From NCBI GenBank assembly GCA_963708135.1, contig OY970192.1, positions 2,240,001 through 2,304,000 of the forward strand: a stretch of DNA of 64,000 bases, given 5' to 3'. The notes beneath the pieces were generated by a model, which ran no database searches, was not told where the DNA came from, and saw only the letters and a program-made list of their open reading frames with translations. Shown here in pieces: positions 39,021 through 48,842 of the stretch (position 1 is its first letter; each line of letters opens with the position of its first letter). This stretch comes from an uncultured Gemmatimonadales bacterium. GTDB taxonomy: Bacteria > Gemmatimonadota > Gemmatimonadetes > Longimicrobiales > RSA9. The translations under genes and the position numbers were made by a program.

Positions 39021-40139
39021 TCACGCGCCGTAGAGAGAGCGCGCGATGCGGCGCCGCAGCGTTTCGCTGCTCGCCTCGAGCAGCTCGGTGGCCTTGGCAT
39101 CCCGCATCAGCTTCTCCACAGGATAGTCCCGCATGTAGCCGTAGCCGCCGTAGATCTGCACGGCCTCGGTCGTGACCCACATCGCCCCCTCGCTGGCGAA
39201 CAGCTTCGCCATTGCCGGAAGCGACGTCTCCGGCCGCGCGCACGCGCGCTCGAGCAGCGCGCCGGCCGCCTCCACCCGGCTCGCCATCCCGGCGAGCTTG
39301 GCCTGGATCCCCTCGAAGTCCCTGAGCCTGGTCTCGAACTGCTCCCGCTCGCCGGCGTAGCGGACGGCGTGCTCGAGGGCCGCGCGCGCGATTCCGCGCG
39401 CCTCCGCCGCCACGGCCAGGAGGGCGAGGCCGGCGCTCCGCGCCGGCGGCGCGGCGTCCGCAGCGGCCCCCGCGAGGCGCGCGTCCGCGTCGAGGCGCAC
39501 GTCCGCGAGCGTGACCGTCACCACCTCCAGCGGCCGCAGCCCCATTGTCTTCTCCCGCGCGCCGGGCCGGTAGCCCTCCGCGTCGGTCGGCACCAGGAAC
39601 AGGCCCGGCCCGCCGTCCGCCACGCGCGCGAAGATGATGGCCACGTCCGCGGCGGCGCCGTTCACCACCCATGCCTTCCGCCCCCGCAGCACCCAGCCGC
39701 CGCCGTCCGGCTCGGCCGTCGTTTCCGGCGCCGAGGGGTCCCAGCCCGCCTCCGGCTCCGCACGCGCCACGCAGCCGAGCGTCTCGCCGGCCGCCATGGG
39801 GGCCAGCCAGCGCTCCCGTTGCGCGTCCGAGCCGAGCGCGAGGAGCAGCTCCGACGCCTGGCACGCCTGCGCCAGCGCGACCGCCACGGAGGCCTCGCCC
39901 CAGGCCAGCTCCTCGACGGCGGCGGCGTAGGCGCCCGGCCCGAAGCCCATCCCGCCCGCGGCCTCGGGCACGAGCATCCCGAGGAAGCCGAGCTCGGCGA
40001 GCTGCGCGAGCAGCCCTGGCGGCAGCGTCGCCTCGCGGTCCCAGACCTCGGTGTGTGGGCGCAGCTCCGCCTCCGCGAACTGCCGCGCCAGCTCCCTGAC
40101 CTGCTGGATCTCTTCCGGGTCCTCCATCGCCGTCTCCAT
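39021..40139 (-). CDS. Acyl-CoA dehydrogenase family protein (divergent)
   Basis: ELGFLG...PE..GG.G, EPEAG.D, L.G.KAWV.NG, EKTMGLR, REQF, KLFASE, AVQIYGGYGY.RDYPVE...RDAK. Confidence 0.9.
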   Translation of the reverse strand: METAMEDPEEIQQVRELARQFAEAELRPHTEVWDREATLPPGLLAQLAELGFLGMLVPEAAGGMGFGPGAYAAAVEELAWGEASVAVALAQACQASELLLALGSDAQRERWLAPMAAGETLGCVARAEPEAGWDPSAPETTAEPDGGGWVLRGRKAWVVNGAAADVAIIFARVADGGPGLFLVPTDAEGYRPGAREKTMGLRPLEVVTVTLADVRLDADARLAGAAADAAPPARSAGLALLAVAAEARGIARAALEHAVRYAGEREQFETRLRDFEGIQAKLAGMASRVEAAGALLERACARPETSLPAMAKLFASEGAMWVTTEAVQIYGGYGYMRDYPVEKLMRDAKATELLEASSETLRRRIARSLYGA

Positions 40140-40155
40140 GGCCGCGCCCGCCGCG

Positions 40156-41004
40156 CTAGTATGTGTAGAAGCCGCGCCCGCTCTTGCGGCCGAGCCAGCC
40201 GGCGGCCACGTACTTCCGCAGCAGCGGGCTGGGGCGGTACTTGTCGTCGCCGAGGTCGCGCTGCAGCACCTCGAGGATGAACAGGCAGGTGTCCAGCCCG
40301 ATGAGGTCCGCGAGGGCGAGCGGCCCGATCGGGTGGTTCATCCCCAGCTTCATGACCGTGTCGATCGACTCGGCCGAGGCCACGCCCTCCATCAGGCAGT
40401 AGACGGCCTCGTTGATCATCGGCATGAGCACGCGGTTGGAGACGAAGCCCGGGAAGTCGTTCGCCTCCACGGGCGTCTTCTCCAGCGCCCGCGCCAGCTC
40501 CATGACCCGCTCCAGCGTCTCGTCCGAAGTCTGGAGGCCCCGGATCACCTCGACCAGCCGCATCACGGGGACCGGGTTCATGAAGTGCATCCCGATCACC
40601 CGCTCCGGGTGCGACGTGTGCCGCGCCAGCGCGGTGATCGAGATCGAGGACGTGTTCGAGGCCAGGATCGCCTCCGGCGCGAGCGCGTCCAGCTCCGCGA
40701 AGAGCGCGGCCTTCATGTCGAGGTTCTCCGGCACCGCCTCCACCACCAGGTCCGCGCCGGCCGCGCCCTCGAGCGACGTGGCGGTGCGGATGCGCCCGAG
40801 AGTCTCCGCCTTCGCGGCCTCCGTGACCGTCCCCTTCCGGACCTGCCGGTCCAGGTTGCCGCCGATCCCGGCGAGCGCCTTCTCCAGCCGCTCGTCGCTC
40901 ACGTCCACGAGCGTCGTGTCGTGCCCGTGCTGCGCGAAAACGTGGGCAATGCCGTTGCCCATGGTGCCGGCCCCGATCACCGCGACCCTGCCAATGGTGC
41001 GCAT
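40156..41004 (-). CDS. hbd: 3-hydroxybutyryl-CoA dehydrogenase
   Basis: [61 protein letters not shown]. Confidence 0.93.
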   Translation of the reverse strand: MRTIGRVAVIGAGTMGNGIAHVFAQHGHDTTLVDVSDERLEKALAGIGGNLDRQVRKGTVTEAAKAETLGRIRTATSLEGAAGADLVVEAVPENLDMKAALFAELDALAPEAILASNTSSISITALARHTSHPERVIGMHFMNPVPVMRLVEVIRGLQTSDETLERVMELARALEKTPVEANDFPGFVSNRVLMPMINEAVYCLMEGVASAESIDTVMKLGMNHPIGPLALADLIGLDTCLFILEVLQRDLGDDKYRPSPLLRKYVAAGWLGRKSGRGFYTY

Positions 41005-41018
41005 ATGCCCGCTCTCCG

Positions 41019-41936
41019 TCAGATCCGTGAATCGACCAGGGGGCCGAGCGCCCGCATCTCCGGCGCCTCGCCCGTCGCCCCCGTCACCAGCAGCCACACC
41101 GTGCCGGCGGCGAACGCGAGCGTGCCCACCACGCCGGCCTCGGGCCCGAACGCGCCGCCGGTCAGCCAGCGGAGCCCTCGCACCTGGGCATCGTAGTACG
41201 GCGTGTCGAACAGCCGCAGCCCGCTCACCGGCAGGTCCAGCGCGAGACCCATCACCCAGTTCCAGCCGAGGTGCGCCGCCGTCGCGAACCAGAGGCTGCG
41301 CGTCTTCAGGTAGGCCAGCGAGAGGAAGACGCCGGCCAGCACCAGGTTGCCGAAGGCCACCGCGTCCAGCCCGGGGTTGGCGCCATGCGCCGCCGCGAAC
41401 ACGAGGCTGCCCAGCACGACGGCCGGGACGGGGCCCAGCGACTCGACCAGCACCTGAAAGGCGTAGCCGCGGAAGACCACCTCCTCCGCGGCCGCCGCTA
41501 CGAACAGGACGGCCAGGCCGCGCAGCAGCTCCGCCAGATAGGCCGCCGGCGTGCCCGCCTCGCCGCTCCAGCGCAGCGCGCCCACCGCGACCAGCACGGC
41601 CGCCGCGAGCAGCTGGATCCCACCGCCCAGCGCGAAGCCCGTGACCAGCTCCCGGGGAGTCCGCGGCGTGAGCGCGAAGCCCAGCGCGCCGGGGCTCCGC
41701 CGCTCCACCCACCGCAGCAGGAGCCACCCCGCGCCGAGTCCGGCGCCGAACAGGATCGCCTCGCTACCCACGGTCCACAGCAGCGCGGGGCCGCCTGGCC
41801 GCACGCCGGCCACGAGCGCGACCACCGTCAGGACCTGCGCGACGACGAACGCCACCGCGACCCAGAGCAGGATGCGCCAGAACGCGCGCAGCCGGCCACC
41901 GGCCACGAACAGCCCGCGCAGCCCTTCGCCGGACAT
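41019..41936 (-). CDS. CPBP/Abi-family intramembrane metalloprotease
   Basis: [27 protein letters not shown]. Confidence 0.92.
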   Translation of the reverse strand: MSGEGLRGLFVAGGRLRAFWRILLWVAVAFVVAQVLTVVALVAGVRPGGPALLWTVGSEAILFGAGLGAGWLLLRWVERRSPGALGFALTPRTPRELVTGFALGGGIQLLAAAVLVAVGALRWSGEAGTPAAYLAELLRGLAVLFVAAAAEEVVFRGYAFQVLVESLGPVPAVVLGSLVFAAAHGANPGLDAVAFGNLVLAGVFLSLAYLKTRSLWFATAAHLGWNWVMGLALDLPVSGLRLFDTPYYDAQVRGLRWLTGGAFGPEAGVVGTLAFAAGTVWLLVTGATGEAPEMRALGPLVDSRI

Positions 41937-41952
41937 GAAGAAAACCCCCGGG

Positions 41953-42549
41953 CTAGAGAAACCCGAGGGTCCGCTCGCGAATCCGCCGCGCGACCAGAAG
42001 CGCGGCGACGATCTTCAGACCGTCGCCGACGAGGAACGGCAAGACGCCCAGCTCCAGCGCGCGCCCGAACCCGCCCACGTAGAACGACAGCTGCGCCGCG
42101 CCGCCCAGCAGGATGAGCGCCGTCGCGGCGAACAGCGCCGCCGCCGCGCGAATGGTGGCGGCGGACCCGGGCGCCGCGACACGCGGGCCCAGCATCCCGG
42201 CCAGCCACGCGGCGGCCGGGTAGGCGATGAGATAGCCGCCCGTCGGCCCCAGCACGTGCGCGAGCCCCGAGCCGCCGGCGAAGAACACCGGCGCGCCTAG
42301 CAGCCCGATGCCCAGGTACGCCGCCTGCGCCGCCGCCCCGAGCGCCGGCCCCAGGACGAGCCCGCCGAGGATCACGAACAGCGTCTGCAGCGTGACCGGC
42401 ACCGCCGTGAAGGGCAGCGGCACGGCCGCGTACGCGCCCAGCGTCGTCAGCACGACGAACACTGCCACGGCCAGCGCCCGCCGCGCGGTCCGGCTCCCCA
42501 CCAGCTCGAGCGTCGCGACGCGACGCACCCGGAGCCTCATCGCGTCCAT
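41953..42549 (-). CDS. bioY: Biotin transporter BioY
   Basis: PVTLQT, YL..G..G.PVF, GPTGGYL..Y, G.LPF..GD.LK. Confidence 0.92.
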   Translation of the reverse strand: MDAMRLRVRRVATLELVGSRTARRALAVAVFVVLTTLGAYAAVPLPFTAVPVTLQTLFVILGGLVLGPALGAAAQAAYLGIGLLGAPVFFAGGSGLAHVLGPTGGYLIAYPAAAWLAGMLGPRVAAPGSAATIRAAAALFAATALILLGGAAQLSFYVGGFGRALELGVLPFLVGDGLKIVAALLVARRIRERTLGFL

Positions 42550-42550
42550 G

Positions 42551-43762
42551 TCACACCCTTTCCACGGAGAGCGCCACCGCGTCCCCGCCGCCAAGGCACA
42601 GCGTGGCCAGCCCCGTGCGGGCCCCGCGGTTCTTCATGGCGTAAAGCAGCGTGACGAGCACCCGCGTGCCCGATGCGCCGATCGGGTGGCCGAGCGCGAC
42701 GGCGCCGCCGTTCACGTTCACCCGGTCCCAGTCCCAGCCCAGCTCCCTGCCGTCCGCCAGCGCCTGCACCGCGAACGCCTCGTTGGCCTCGATCAGGTCG
42801 TAGTCCCCGATCGACCTGCCCTCCTTCTCCATCACCCGGCGCACGGCCCGGACCGGCGCGAAGAAGAGCTCCTGCGGCCGCGTCGCACCCGTCGAGTACG
42901 CGTTGATCCGCGCCAGGATCGGCAGCCCATGCGCCTCCGCGTACTCCTGGCTCGCAACCACCACCGCCGCCGCGCCGTCGTTGAGCCCGGGCGCGTTCCC
43001 CGCCGTCACCACGGGGTTCACGACCTCCGGCGGCTTGTCCTTCGCGAACGCCGGCGGGAGCTTGGCCAGCGCCTCGAGCGTCGTCTCCCGGCGCGGCGCC
43101 TCGTCCTTCTCCACCACGGTCGTCCCCTTCCGCGACTTCACCTCCACCGCCACGATCTCCTCCGCGAAGCGGCCCTCGTCCATGGCGGCGATCGCCTTGC
43201 GGTGCGACGCCAGCGAGAACTCGTCCGCCGCCTCCCGGGTGATCCCCGCCTTCCATGCCGTGTACTCCGCGTGCCCGCCCATGTGGCAGTCGTGGAAGCC
43301 GCACCACAGGCCGTCCTCGATCAGCCCGTCCACCAGCTCCTGGTTGCCGAACTTCACCCCCTGCCGCATCCCCTTCACGTAGTACGGCGCGTTCGACATC
43401 GATTCCATGCCGCCCGCTACGATCACGCGAGCGTCCCCCGCCTTGATCGCCTGCGCACCGAGCATCACCGCCATGAGGCCGGAGCCGCATACCCGGCTCA
43501 CGCCCATGGCGCCCACCGTGTCCGGCACCCCGCCACCCAGCGCCGCCTGCCGCGCCGGCGCCTGACCGAGCCCCGCCGAGACGACGTTGCCCACGATCAC
43601 GTCATCGAGGTCCGACGGATCGATCCCGGACCGCTCCAGCGCGGCGCGGATCGCAACAGCCCCGAGCTGTGGCGCCGAAAGCGTCGCCAGCCCGCCGAGA
43701 AACCTGCCGATCGGCGTACGCGCGCCGCCGACCAGCACCGGGACGAGACGCGGGTCAGCCAT
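42551..43762 (-). CDS. Acetyl-CoA C-acyltransferase (thiolase)
   Basis: [55 protein letters not shown]. Confidence 0.96.
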   Translation of the reverse strand: MADPRLVPVLVGGARTPIGRFLGGLATLSAPQLGAVAIRAALERSGIDPSDLDDVIVGNVVSAGLGQAPARQAALGGGVPDTVGAMGVSRVCGSGLMAVMLGAQAIKAGDARVIVAGGMESMSNAPYYVKGMRQGVKFGNQELVDGLIEDGLWCGFHDCHMGGHAEYTAWKAGITREAADEFSLASHRKAIAAMDEGRFAEEIVAVEVKSRKGTTVVEKDEAPRRETTLEALAKLPPAFAKDKPPEVVNPVVTAGNAPGLNDGAAAVVVASQEYAEAHGLPILARINAYSTGATRPQELFFAPVRAVRRVMEKEGRSIGDYDLIEANEAFAVQALADGRELGWDWDRVNVNGGAVALGHPIGASGTRVLVTLLYAMKNRGARTGLATLCLGGGDAVALSVERV

Positions 43763-43909
43763 ATGCATCTCCTTTCGCCATAACCGGTTCTGTGCCAAGG
43801 CACCCGCCACTCGCGAACTGCCATGGCTCTGCCATTATAGGCGGCCCCACCGCCTGGGGCCAGAGCGGGTCGAACGCTCGTTCGAGCGCCGCGACCCCGC
43901 CCGTTCCGC

Positions 43910-44443
43910 TCACCGCCCCAGCAGCGACGGCGACCCGCCCGCGCCGACCGCATCCGCCGACAGGACCACCAGCTGCCCCGCCATGAACGGCAGGTGCGCC
44001 GGCACGTTGCACGTGAACGGATAGATGCCGGGAGAGGACGCCACCCAGGTCGTGTCCACCCGCGCTCCCCCCGGCAGCGGCACGTAAAGGTCCGGCAGCA
44101 CGAAGGAGTGCACGTCGTCCTCCGGGTTCACCAGCGTGAGCCGCAACGTGTCCCCTGCCACCACCGTGATCGTCGAGGGCGAGAAGGCGTAGACCTCCTT
44201 GCCCGCCAGCACGCCGGTCGCCGAGAAGTCCTGCTTCAGGAAGGGATAGACCTTCTGCATCTCCTTCGTGAGGAGCGGCACGGTCGTCACGGTGATCTGC
44301 CGTGTCCGCGGCGTGTAGCGCCCCGCCACGGCCCTCTCACGCGGCGGATTCCGCCGCACGCGGCACCCCGCCGCTAGCACGCTCGCCGCGAGCAGCACGG
44401 CCCAGCCCAACGTCCACCTTTTCATGCCCGTCGGTGCGCCCAT
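43910..44443 (-). CDS. Cupredoxin-domain lipoprotein (type 1 copper)
   Basis: Lipobox LAAGC; FSPSTITVVAGD, N....H, YPFTCNVPAHLPFM.GQL (His, Cys, His, Met ligands). Confidence 0.85.
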   Translation of the reverse strand: MGAPTGMKRWTLGWAVLLAASVLAAGCRVRRNPPRERAVAGRYTPRTRQITVTTVPLLTKEMQKVYPFLKQDFSATGVLAGKEVYAFSPSTITVVAGDTLRLTLVNPEDDVHSFVLPDLYVPLPGGARVDTTWVASSPGIYPFTCNVPAHLPFMAGQLVVLSADAVGAGGSPSLLGR

Positions 44444-45348
44444 CACCCCTCCTCTTCCAGCAGCCGCGGCCGCTCCGGTGACTGCGGATCGAGCCGTCCC
44501 CACGGCACGACCGGATCGTGCTCGAAGACGAGGAGCCATCCCTCCTCGCGGGCGCGCGGCAGCAGGGCCCGCTTGGCCTCGAGGGTCACGAGTGGCTCGA
44601 CGTCGTAGCCCATGATCCAGGGCAGCGGCAGGTGCGCGGAGGTGGGGATCACGTCGGCCAGGAAGAGGGCCGTCTCGTCCTCGGACCGGATCCGGAGCGA
44701 CTGGTGGTGGGGCGTGTGTCCCGGCGTGTGCACCGCGTGGATGCCGGGGACGATCTCGCCCTCGCCCTCGAGCAGGGTGAGGCGGCCCGCCGCGACGACG
44801 GGCTCGAAGTTGTGCGGAAGGTAGCTGGCCTGGACGCGTTCGTTCTTCGTGCGCGCGAACTCGAGCTCGCCGCGCTGGGCGAAGTAGCGGGCGTGCGGGA
44901 ACGAGAGCCGGACCTGCCCCTCCTCGTCCACGTGGGTGTTGCCGCCGGCGTGGTCGAAGTGGAGGTGACTGGCGATCACGACGTCCACGTCCTCGGGTGA
45001 GAAGCCGGCGTCGCGGAGCGCATCCTCCAGGCGGGTCGGGCCGGGGTCCGCGCCGGCGTTCTCCACGCCGTAAATCTCCATGAACCTGGGGCCCTCCTTG
45101 TTGCCCAGCCCGGTGTCGATCAGCACCAGGGCATCGGGCGTCTCGACCAGCAGGCAGCGCATGGCGAGCGGGATGCGGTTGCGCGTGTCGGCGGGGATCC
45201 GCTTCTCCCAGAGCGGCTTCGGGACGACCCCGAACATCGCGCCGCCGTCCAGGCGCTGCAGCCCCGCCTCGAGGGCGTGGATGCGCAGCGCCCCGAGCCG
45301 GCGGCTGCGCCGCAGCGGCAGGGGCGTCACTGCGGCGGGATCTCCCAT
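44443..45348 (-). CDS. MBL-fold metallohydrolase (YtnP-like)
   Basis: LDGGAMFGVVPKPLW, LIDTG.G, SHLHFDHAGG, TPGHT..H, FEHDP. Confidence 0.93.
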   Translation of the reverse strand: MGDPAAVTPLPLRRSRRLGALRIHALEAGLQRLDGGAMFGVVPKPLWEKRIPADTRNRIPLAMRCLLVETPDALVLIDTGLGNKEGPRFMEIYGVENAGADPGPTRLEDALRDAGFSPEDVDVVIASHLHFDHAGGNTHVDEEGQVRLSFPHARYFAQRGELEFARTKNERVQASYLPHNFEPVVAAGRLTLLEGEGEIVPGIHAVHTPGHTPHHQSLRIRSEDETALFLADVIPTSAHLPLPWIMGYDVEPLVTLEAKRALLPRAREEGWLLVFEHDPVVPWGRLDPQSPERPRLLEEEG

Positions 45349-46016
45349 GGCTCCATGGATGTCGGCATGGCCGTCCGCTTCCTCCGCGTGCGGGGCTTCG
45401 GCCGGCTCAAGAGCGCCTGCAGGTCGGCCCAGGAGGCGACCTCCTGCTCGTGCGCCCGCTCGATGAGGAGCGCCAGCAGCTCCGCCGTCACGCGTGCGTC
45501 GCCCCAGGCGCGGTGGCGCGCCTCGTTCAGCAGGCCGAAGTGCTGGCTCAGCGCATCGAGTGAGCGGCGGCGCAGCTCCGGCACCAGCCGGCGCGCGAGC
45601 CGCAGCGTGCAGAGCACGCGCATCTCCTCGGCGCGGGCCCCGGCCCGCTCGACCTCCATGGCGACGAACCCACGGTCGAAGGATGCGTTGTGCGCCACGA
45701 AGATCCGGTCGGCCAGCAGGCGTCGCACGTCGTGCGCGATGTCGCGGAAGCGCGGCGCCTCGCGTACCATGGCGGTCGTGATGCCGGTGAGTCGCGTGAC
45801 GAAGCTGGGGATCGGGCGCTCCGGGTTCACCAGCGTGGCGAACTCCTCGAGCACGCGGCCGGTGCCATCCACGCGCACGGCCGCGAACTCGGTCACCCTG
45901 TGGCCCCGGCCCGGAGAGCCGCCCGTTGTCTCGACATCCACGACCACGTACTCCAGCGAGCGGAGCAGCGCCGGGCGCTCGGGCCCGGCGAACACCCGCC
46001 AGAGCGGCCCGCTCAC
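45327..46016 (-). CDS. DEDDh 3'-5' exonuclease (DnaQ/epsilon-like)
   Basis: VVDVETTG, LTGIT, FVAHNASFD, HRAWGDA; GTG start overlaps the arcA stop. Confidence 0.9.
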   Translation of the reverse strand: MSGPLWRVFAGPERPALLRSLEYVVVDVETTGGSPGRGHRVTEFAAVRVDGTGRVLEEFATLVNPERPIPSFVTRLTGITTAMVREAPRFRDIAHDVRRLLADRIFVAHNASFDRGFVAMEVERAGARAEEMRVLCTLRLARRLVPELRRRSLDALSQHFGLLNEARHRAWGDARVTAELLALLIERAHEQEVASWADLQALLSRPKPRTRRKRTAMPTSMEPWEIPPQ

Positions 46017-47257
46017 CAGACGTCCTGCCGGCGCAGCGGCATGCTCATGCACCGGCTGCCGCCCCCGCCCCGCACCAGCTCGGAGCCCTCGAAGAGGATC
46101 GCCGCCTTCTCGTCCTCCCCGATGTCGGCCTCGCCCGTCAGGAAGTCGATGGCATCGATCAGCGTGTAACCCGCCTCGCGCTCCAGCTCCTCGTACGTGC
46201 GCTCGTTGCGCGAGTAGCCCAGGATCACCCCCGGCCGCACCGCCACGAAGTTGCAGCCGCTCGACCACTGCTCCCGCTCCTGGTGGGTACGCCGCGAGCC
46301 GCCGCAGAAGACCGGCTCGAGCGGCAGCCCCACCTCCCGCAGCCCCGCGAACAGGTTCGGCATCTCCCGCATGCCCCGGCGCCCCGCATGGTAGTGCAGA
46401 ACGGGGCTGCGCGTCGGGCCCACGAAGCTGGGCGGGAACACCACGCAGTGCTCCCGATCGACCATGGTGAAGATCATGTCCAGGTGGATCATCGCCCGGT
46501 CCCTCGGCAGCACCACCACCAGGATGTCGCGCACGCCAGCCTGCTCCACCAGGTTCTCCGCGATCACGTCGAACGCGCCCGGGCTCGAGCGCTCCGACAG
46601 TCCGATCAGCGCCAGGTCCGGCCGCAGCACGTGGACATCTCCCCCCTCCAGCGTGTAGCCCGTCCGCCGCTCCTCGCTGCCGTCGTAGATGAGCCCCGCG
46701 TTCCGCAGCCACGGATGGTACGTGAACAGCGTCTTCATCAGGATCTCTTCGGTCCAGCGCACGGTGTAGCGCATGGAGCCGATGATCACCCCGTCCCCCA
46801 CCACCATGCCGGCATCCCGCGTGAAGAAAAGGTTCGGCAGCGGCGGAAGCTCGTAGCTCTCCACGTTCAGCAGCCGCTGCAGCACCCCCTCCTCCATCTC
46901 CCGACCCTCGATGATCGCGCCCGCCAGCTCGCTCGACGACAGCTCCAGCATCCGCCGCCCCAGCGGCTCCGAGCGCGCCACGTCCATCACCCGCTCCACC
47001 AGGAAAGGACGCACCTCCGGCTGCTGCAGCACCTCCTCCAGCAGCTCGCGGACCTCGTACACCTCCGCGAACCGCGACAGGATCGCCTTGAAGCGGTGAT
47101 GCTCCCGTCGCGCCTGATCCAGCCCGATGATGTCGTCGTAGAGGAAGTCCTCGCGCGTCGCCGGCGTGACCGCCAGCAGCTCCGGTCCCGGCGAGTGGCA
47201 CAGCACCGCGTCCAGCACGCCGATCTCCGACGTCACGTGCACCCGCTGCTCGTTCAT
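46013..47257 (-). CDS. arcA: Arginine deiminase
   Basis: VTSEIG.L, FLYDD, PNLFFTRD, LEGGD, GLSERS, IHLD, REQW, SELVRG.GG.RCMSMPL. Confidence 0.92.
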   Translation of the reverse strand: MNEQRVHVTSEIGVLDAVLCHSPGPELLAVTPATREDFLYDDIIGLDQARREHHRFKAILSRFAEVYEVRELLEEVLQQPEVRPFLVERVMDVARSEPLGRRMLELSSSELAGAIIEGREMEEGVLQRLLNVESYELPPLPNLFFTRDAGMVVGDGVIIGSMRYTVRWTEEILMKTLFTYHPWLRNAGLIYDGSEERRTGYTLEGGDVHVLRPDLALIGLSERSSPGAFDVIAENLVEQAGVRDILVVVLPRDRAMIHLDMIFTMVDREHCVVFPPSFVGPTRSPVLHYHAGRRGMREMPNLFAGLREVGLPLEPVFCGGSRRTHQEREQWSSGCNFVAVRPGVILGYSRNERTYEELEREAGYTLIDAIDFLTGEADIGEDEKAAILFEGSELVRGGGGSRCMSMPLRRQDVW

Positions 47258-47934
47258 CGCGCCCGCCCGTTGCCGCCCCCGCGCCGCGCACCCCCCCGCC
47301 GGCTCCCCGCCGGACGACTGTTCGCGAGCGCGTACGAGAGCCCCTCCATCTCCACCGCCATGTTCACATTCTTCACCGCCACGTCCGGCGGCACCACCAG
47401 CTTCGTCGGCGCGAAGTTCAGGATCCCACGCACCCCTCCCGCCACGACCCGGTCCACCACCTGCTGCGCCACCTCCGCCGGCACCGCCACGATCGCGATG
47501 TCGAAGCCCTCCCGCGCCAGCGCGGTCTCCATCTCCGCGTCCGGCCTGACCTCCAGGCCGTGCCACCGCTGCCCCACCTTGCGCGGGTCCGCGTCGAATA
47601 CCGCCTCGATCTCGAAGCCCCGCCGCCGCAGATCCCGGTAGCCCACCAGCGCACCGCCGATCTTGCCCGCCCCCACCAGCACCACCCGCCAGCGACGCGA
47701 CAGCCCCAGGATCGACCGCAGCGCCTCCCGCAGCTCCGGCACGGAGTACCCCAGCCCCCGCTTCCCGAACGTGCCGAAAAACGACAGATCCTTCCGCACC
47801 TGCGCGGCGGTCGTGCCCCCCCGCCTCGCCAGCTCATCGCTCGACACCGTGCCCGCCCCCTCCTCCTCCACATCCCCCAGCAGCCGCAGGTACAGCGACA
47901 GACGCCCGACGGTGGACTCCGATACCTTCTTCAT
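47254..47934 (-). CDS. rex: Redox-sensing repressor Rex
   Basis: T..RLSLY, SS.EL, QVRKDLSFFG.FGKRG.GY, VGAG..G.AL, ILNFAP. Confidence 0.96.
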   Translation of the reverse strand: MKKVSESTVGRLSLYLRLLGDVEEEGAGTVSSDELARRGGTTAAQVRKDLSFFGTFGKRGLGYSVPELREALRSILGLSRRWRVVLVGAGKIGGALVGYRDLRRRGFEIEAVFDADPRKVGQRWHGLEVRPDAEMETALAREGFDIAIVAVPAEVAQQVVDRVVAGGVRGILNFAPTKLVVPPDVAVKNVNMAVEMEGLSYALANSRPAGSRRGGARRGGGNGRAR

Positions 47935-47960
47935 CGCGGAAACGCTCGACTCGCGGACCA

Positions 47961-47978
47961 TTGTGAAACCATTCACAA
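47961..47978. promoter_or_regulatory. Rex operator (ROP)
   Basis: TTGTGAA-ACCA-TTCACAA, an exact match to TTGTGAAN4TTCACAA, 27 bp upstream of rex. Confidence 0.93.
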
Positions 47979-47980
47979 AC

Positions 47981-48009
47981 AAGCTACCCGCCCCGCACGC
48001 AAGCGTCAA
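47981..48009 (-). promoter_or_regulatory. sigma70 promoter of the rex operon
   Basis: TTGACG-N17-TAGCTT on the minus strand; the predicted +1 falls inside the Rex operator. Confidence 0.75.
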
Positions 48010-48842
48010 TTCGGGAGTGGGGCAACCTCGATGTGGAGCGTCGTGCCGGCGCCGTCGCGCTCGACCGAGATGCGGCCGCCGAGCGAGCGCGCCACGCGGG
48101 CGGCCATGGCCAGCCGGAGCGAGGCGCCGCTGTCGAGTGGCCCGCGGGCCCGCGCCTGCAGGGCGACGTCATCGCGGCCGGGCTCGAGCGCGGAGCCGCG
48201 GATCTCCGCGGCGAAGCCGTCGCCATCCGCGCGCACCCGGAGGTCCAGCGCGCGGCCGGGGGAGGCGCGCACGGCCGCGCCGAGGGCGAGGTCGAGCAGG
48301 GCGGTGAAGCGAGGCCGGTCGGTGCGCAGGTCGCCTAGATCGGCCGGGAGCTCGGCCTGCAGAGTGGCGCGGCGGCCCTCGGCCATGGCCCGGAGGCTCT
48401 CGACGGTGGCGGCGATGACGGGACCGAGCGAGACGTCCTCGGGCTCGAGGCCGGGGTCGGCATCCGGCGGGATGAGCATCTCGTGCAGTCCGTCGAGCAG
48501 GTGGCGCATCTGCTCGGCGGCCCCGCCGATGCGGTGCACGGCCTCGGCGGCGCGTCCCTCGATCGGGCCGAGCAGCCCGTCCTCGAGCAGCTCGTGGTAT
48601 CCGATGATGGCGGCGAGCGGCGTCCGGAGCTCGTGGGCGAGGAGCCGGAGCGGCTCGGAAGGGTGGAGCGCGTGCTCGGCTCCGTCCGCCGGTGCCGCGG
48701 AGCCGGGGCCGGGCGGCGCGGGCGGCGGGGCTGCGGTCGCCTGCCGCTCTCGCGGCGTCCCGCGGCGGCGGCGCGAGCCTGCCAGAGCGATGACCGCGCC
48801 CGCGGCGAGGCCGATGGCGACGGCGAGCCCGACGGCGCTCAC
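48006..48842 (-). CDS. Membrane-anchored histidine-kinase-like protein with degenerate ATPase domain
   Basis: One N-terminal TM helix and intact H-box AHELRTPLAAIIGY; N, G1 and G2 boxes are not conserved. Confidence 0.78.
   Translation of the reverse strand: MSAVGLAVAIGLAAGAVIALAGSRRRRGTPRERQATAAPPPAPPGPGSAAPADGAEHALHPSEPLRLLAHELRTPLAAIIGYHELLEDGLLGPIEGRAAEAVHRIGGAAEQMRHLLDGLHEMLIPPDADPGLEPEDVSLGPVIAATVESLRAMAEGRRATLQAELPADLGDLRTDRPRFTALLDLALGAAVRASPGRALDLRVRADGDGFAAEIRGSALEPGRDDVALQARARGPLDSGASLRLAMAARVARSLGGRISVERDGAGTTLHIEVAPLPN

Noticed and set aside
43780..43800. sigma54 motif upstream of thiolase (TTGGCACA-GAAC-CGGT)
   Set aside because: No -12 GC; a perfect TATAAT at 43834-43839 (minus strand) favours a sigma70 promoter.
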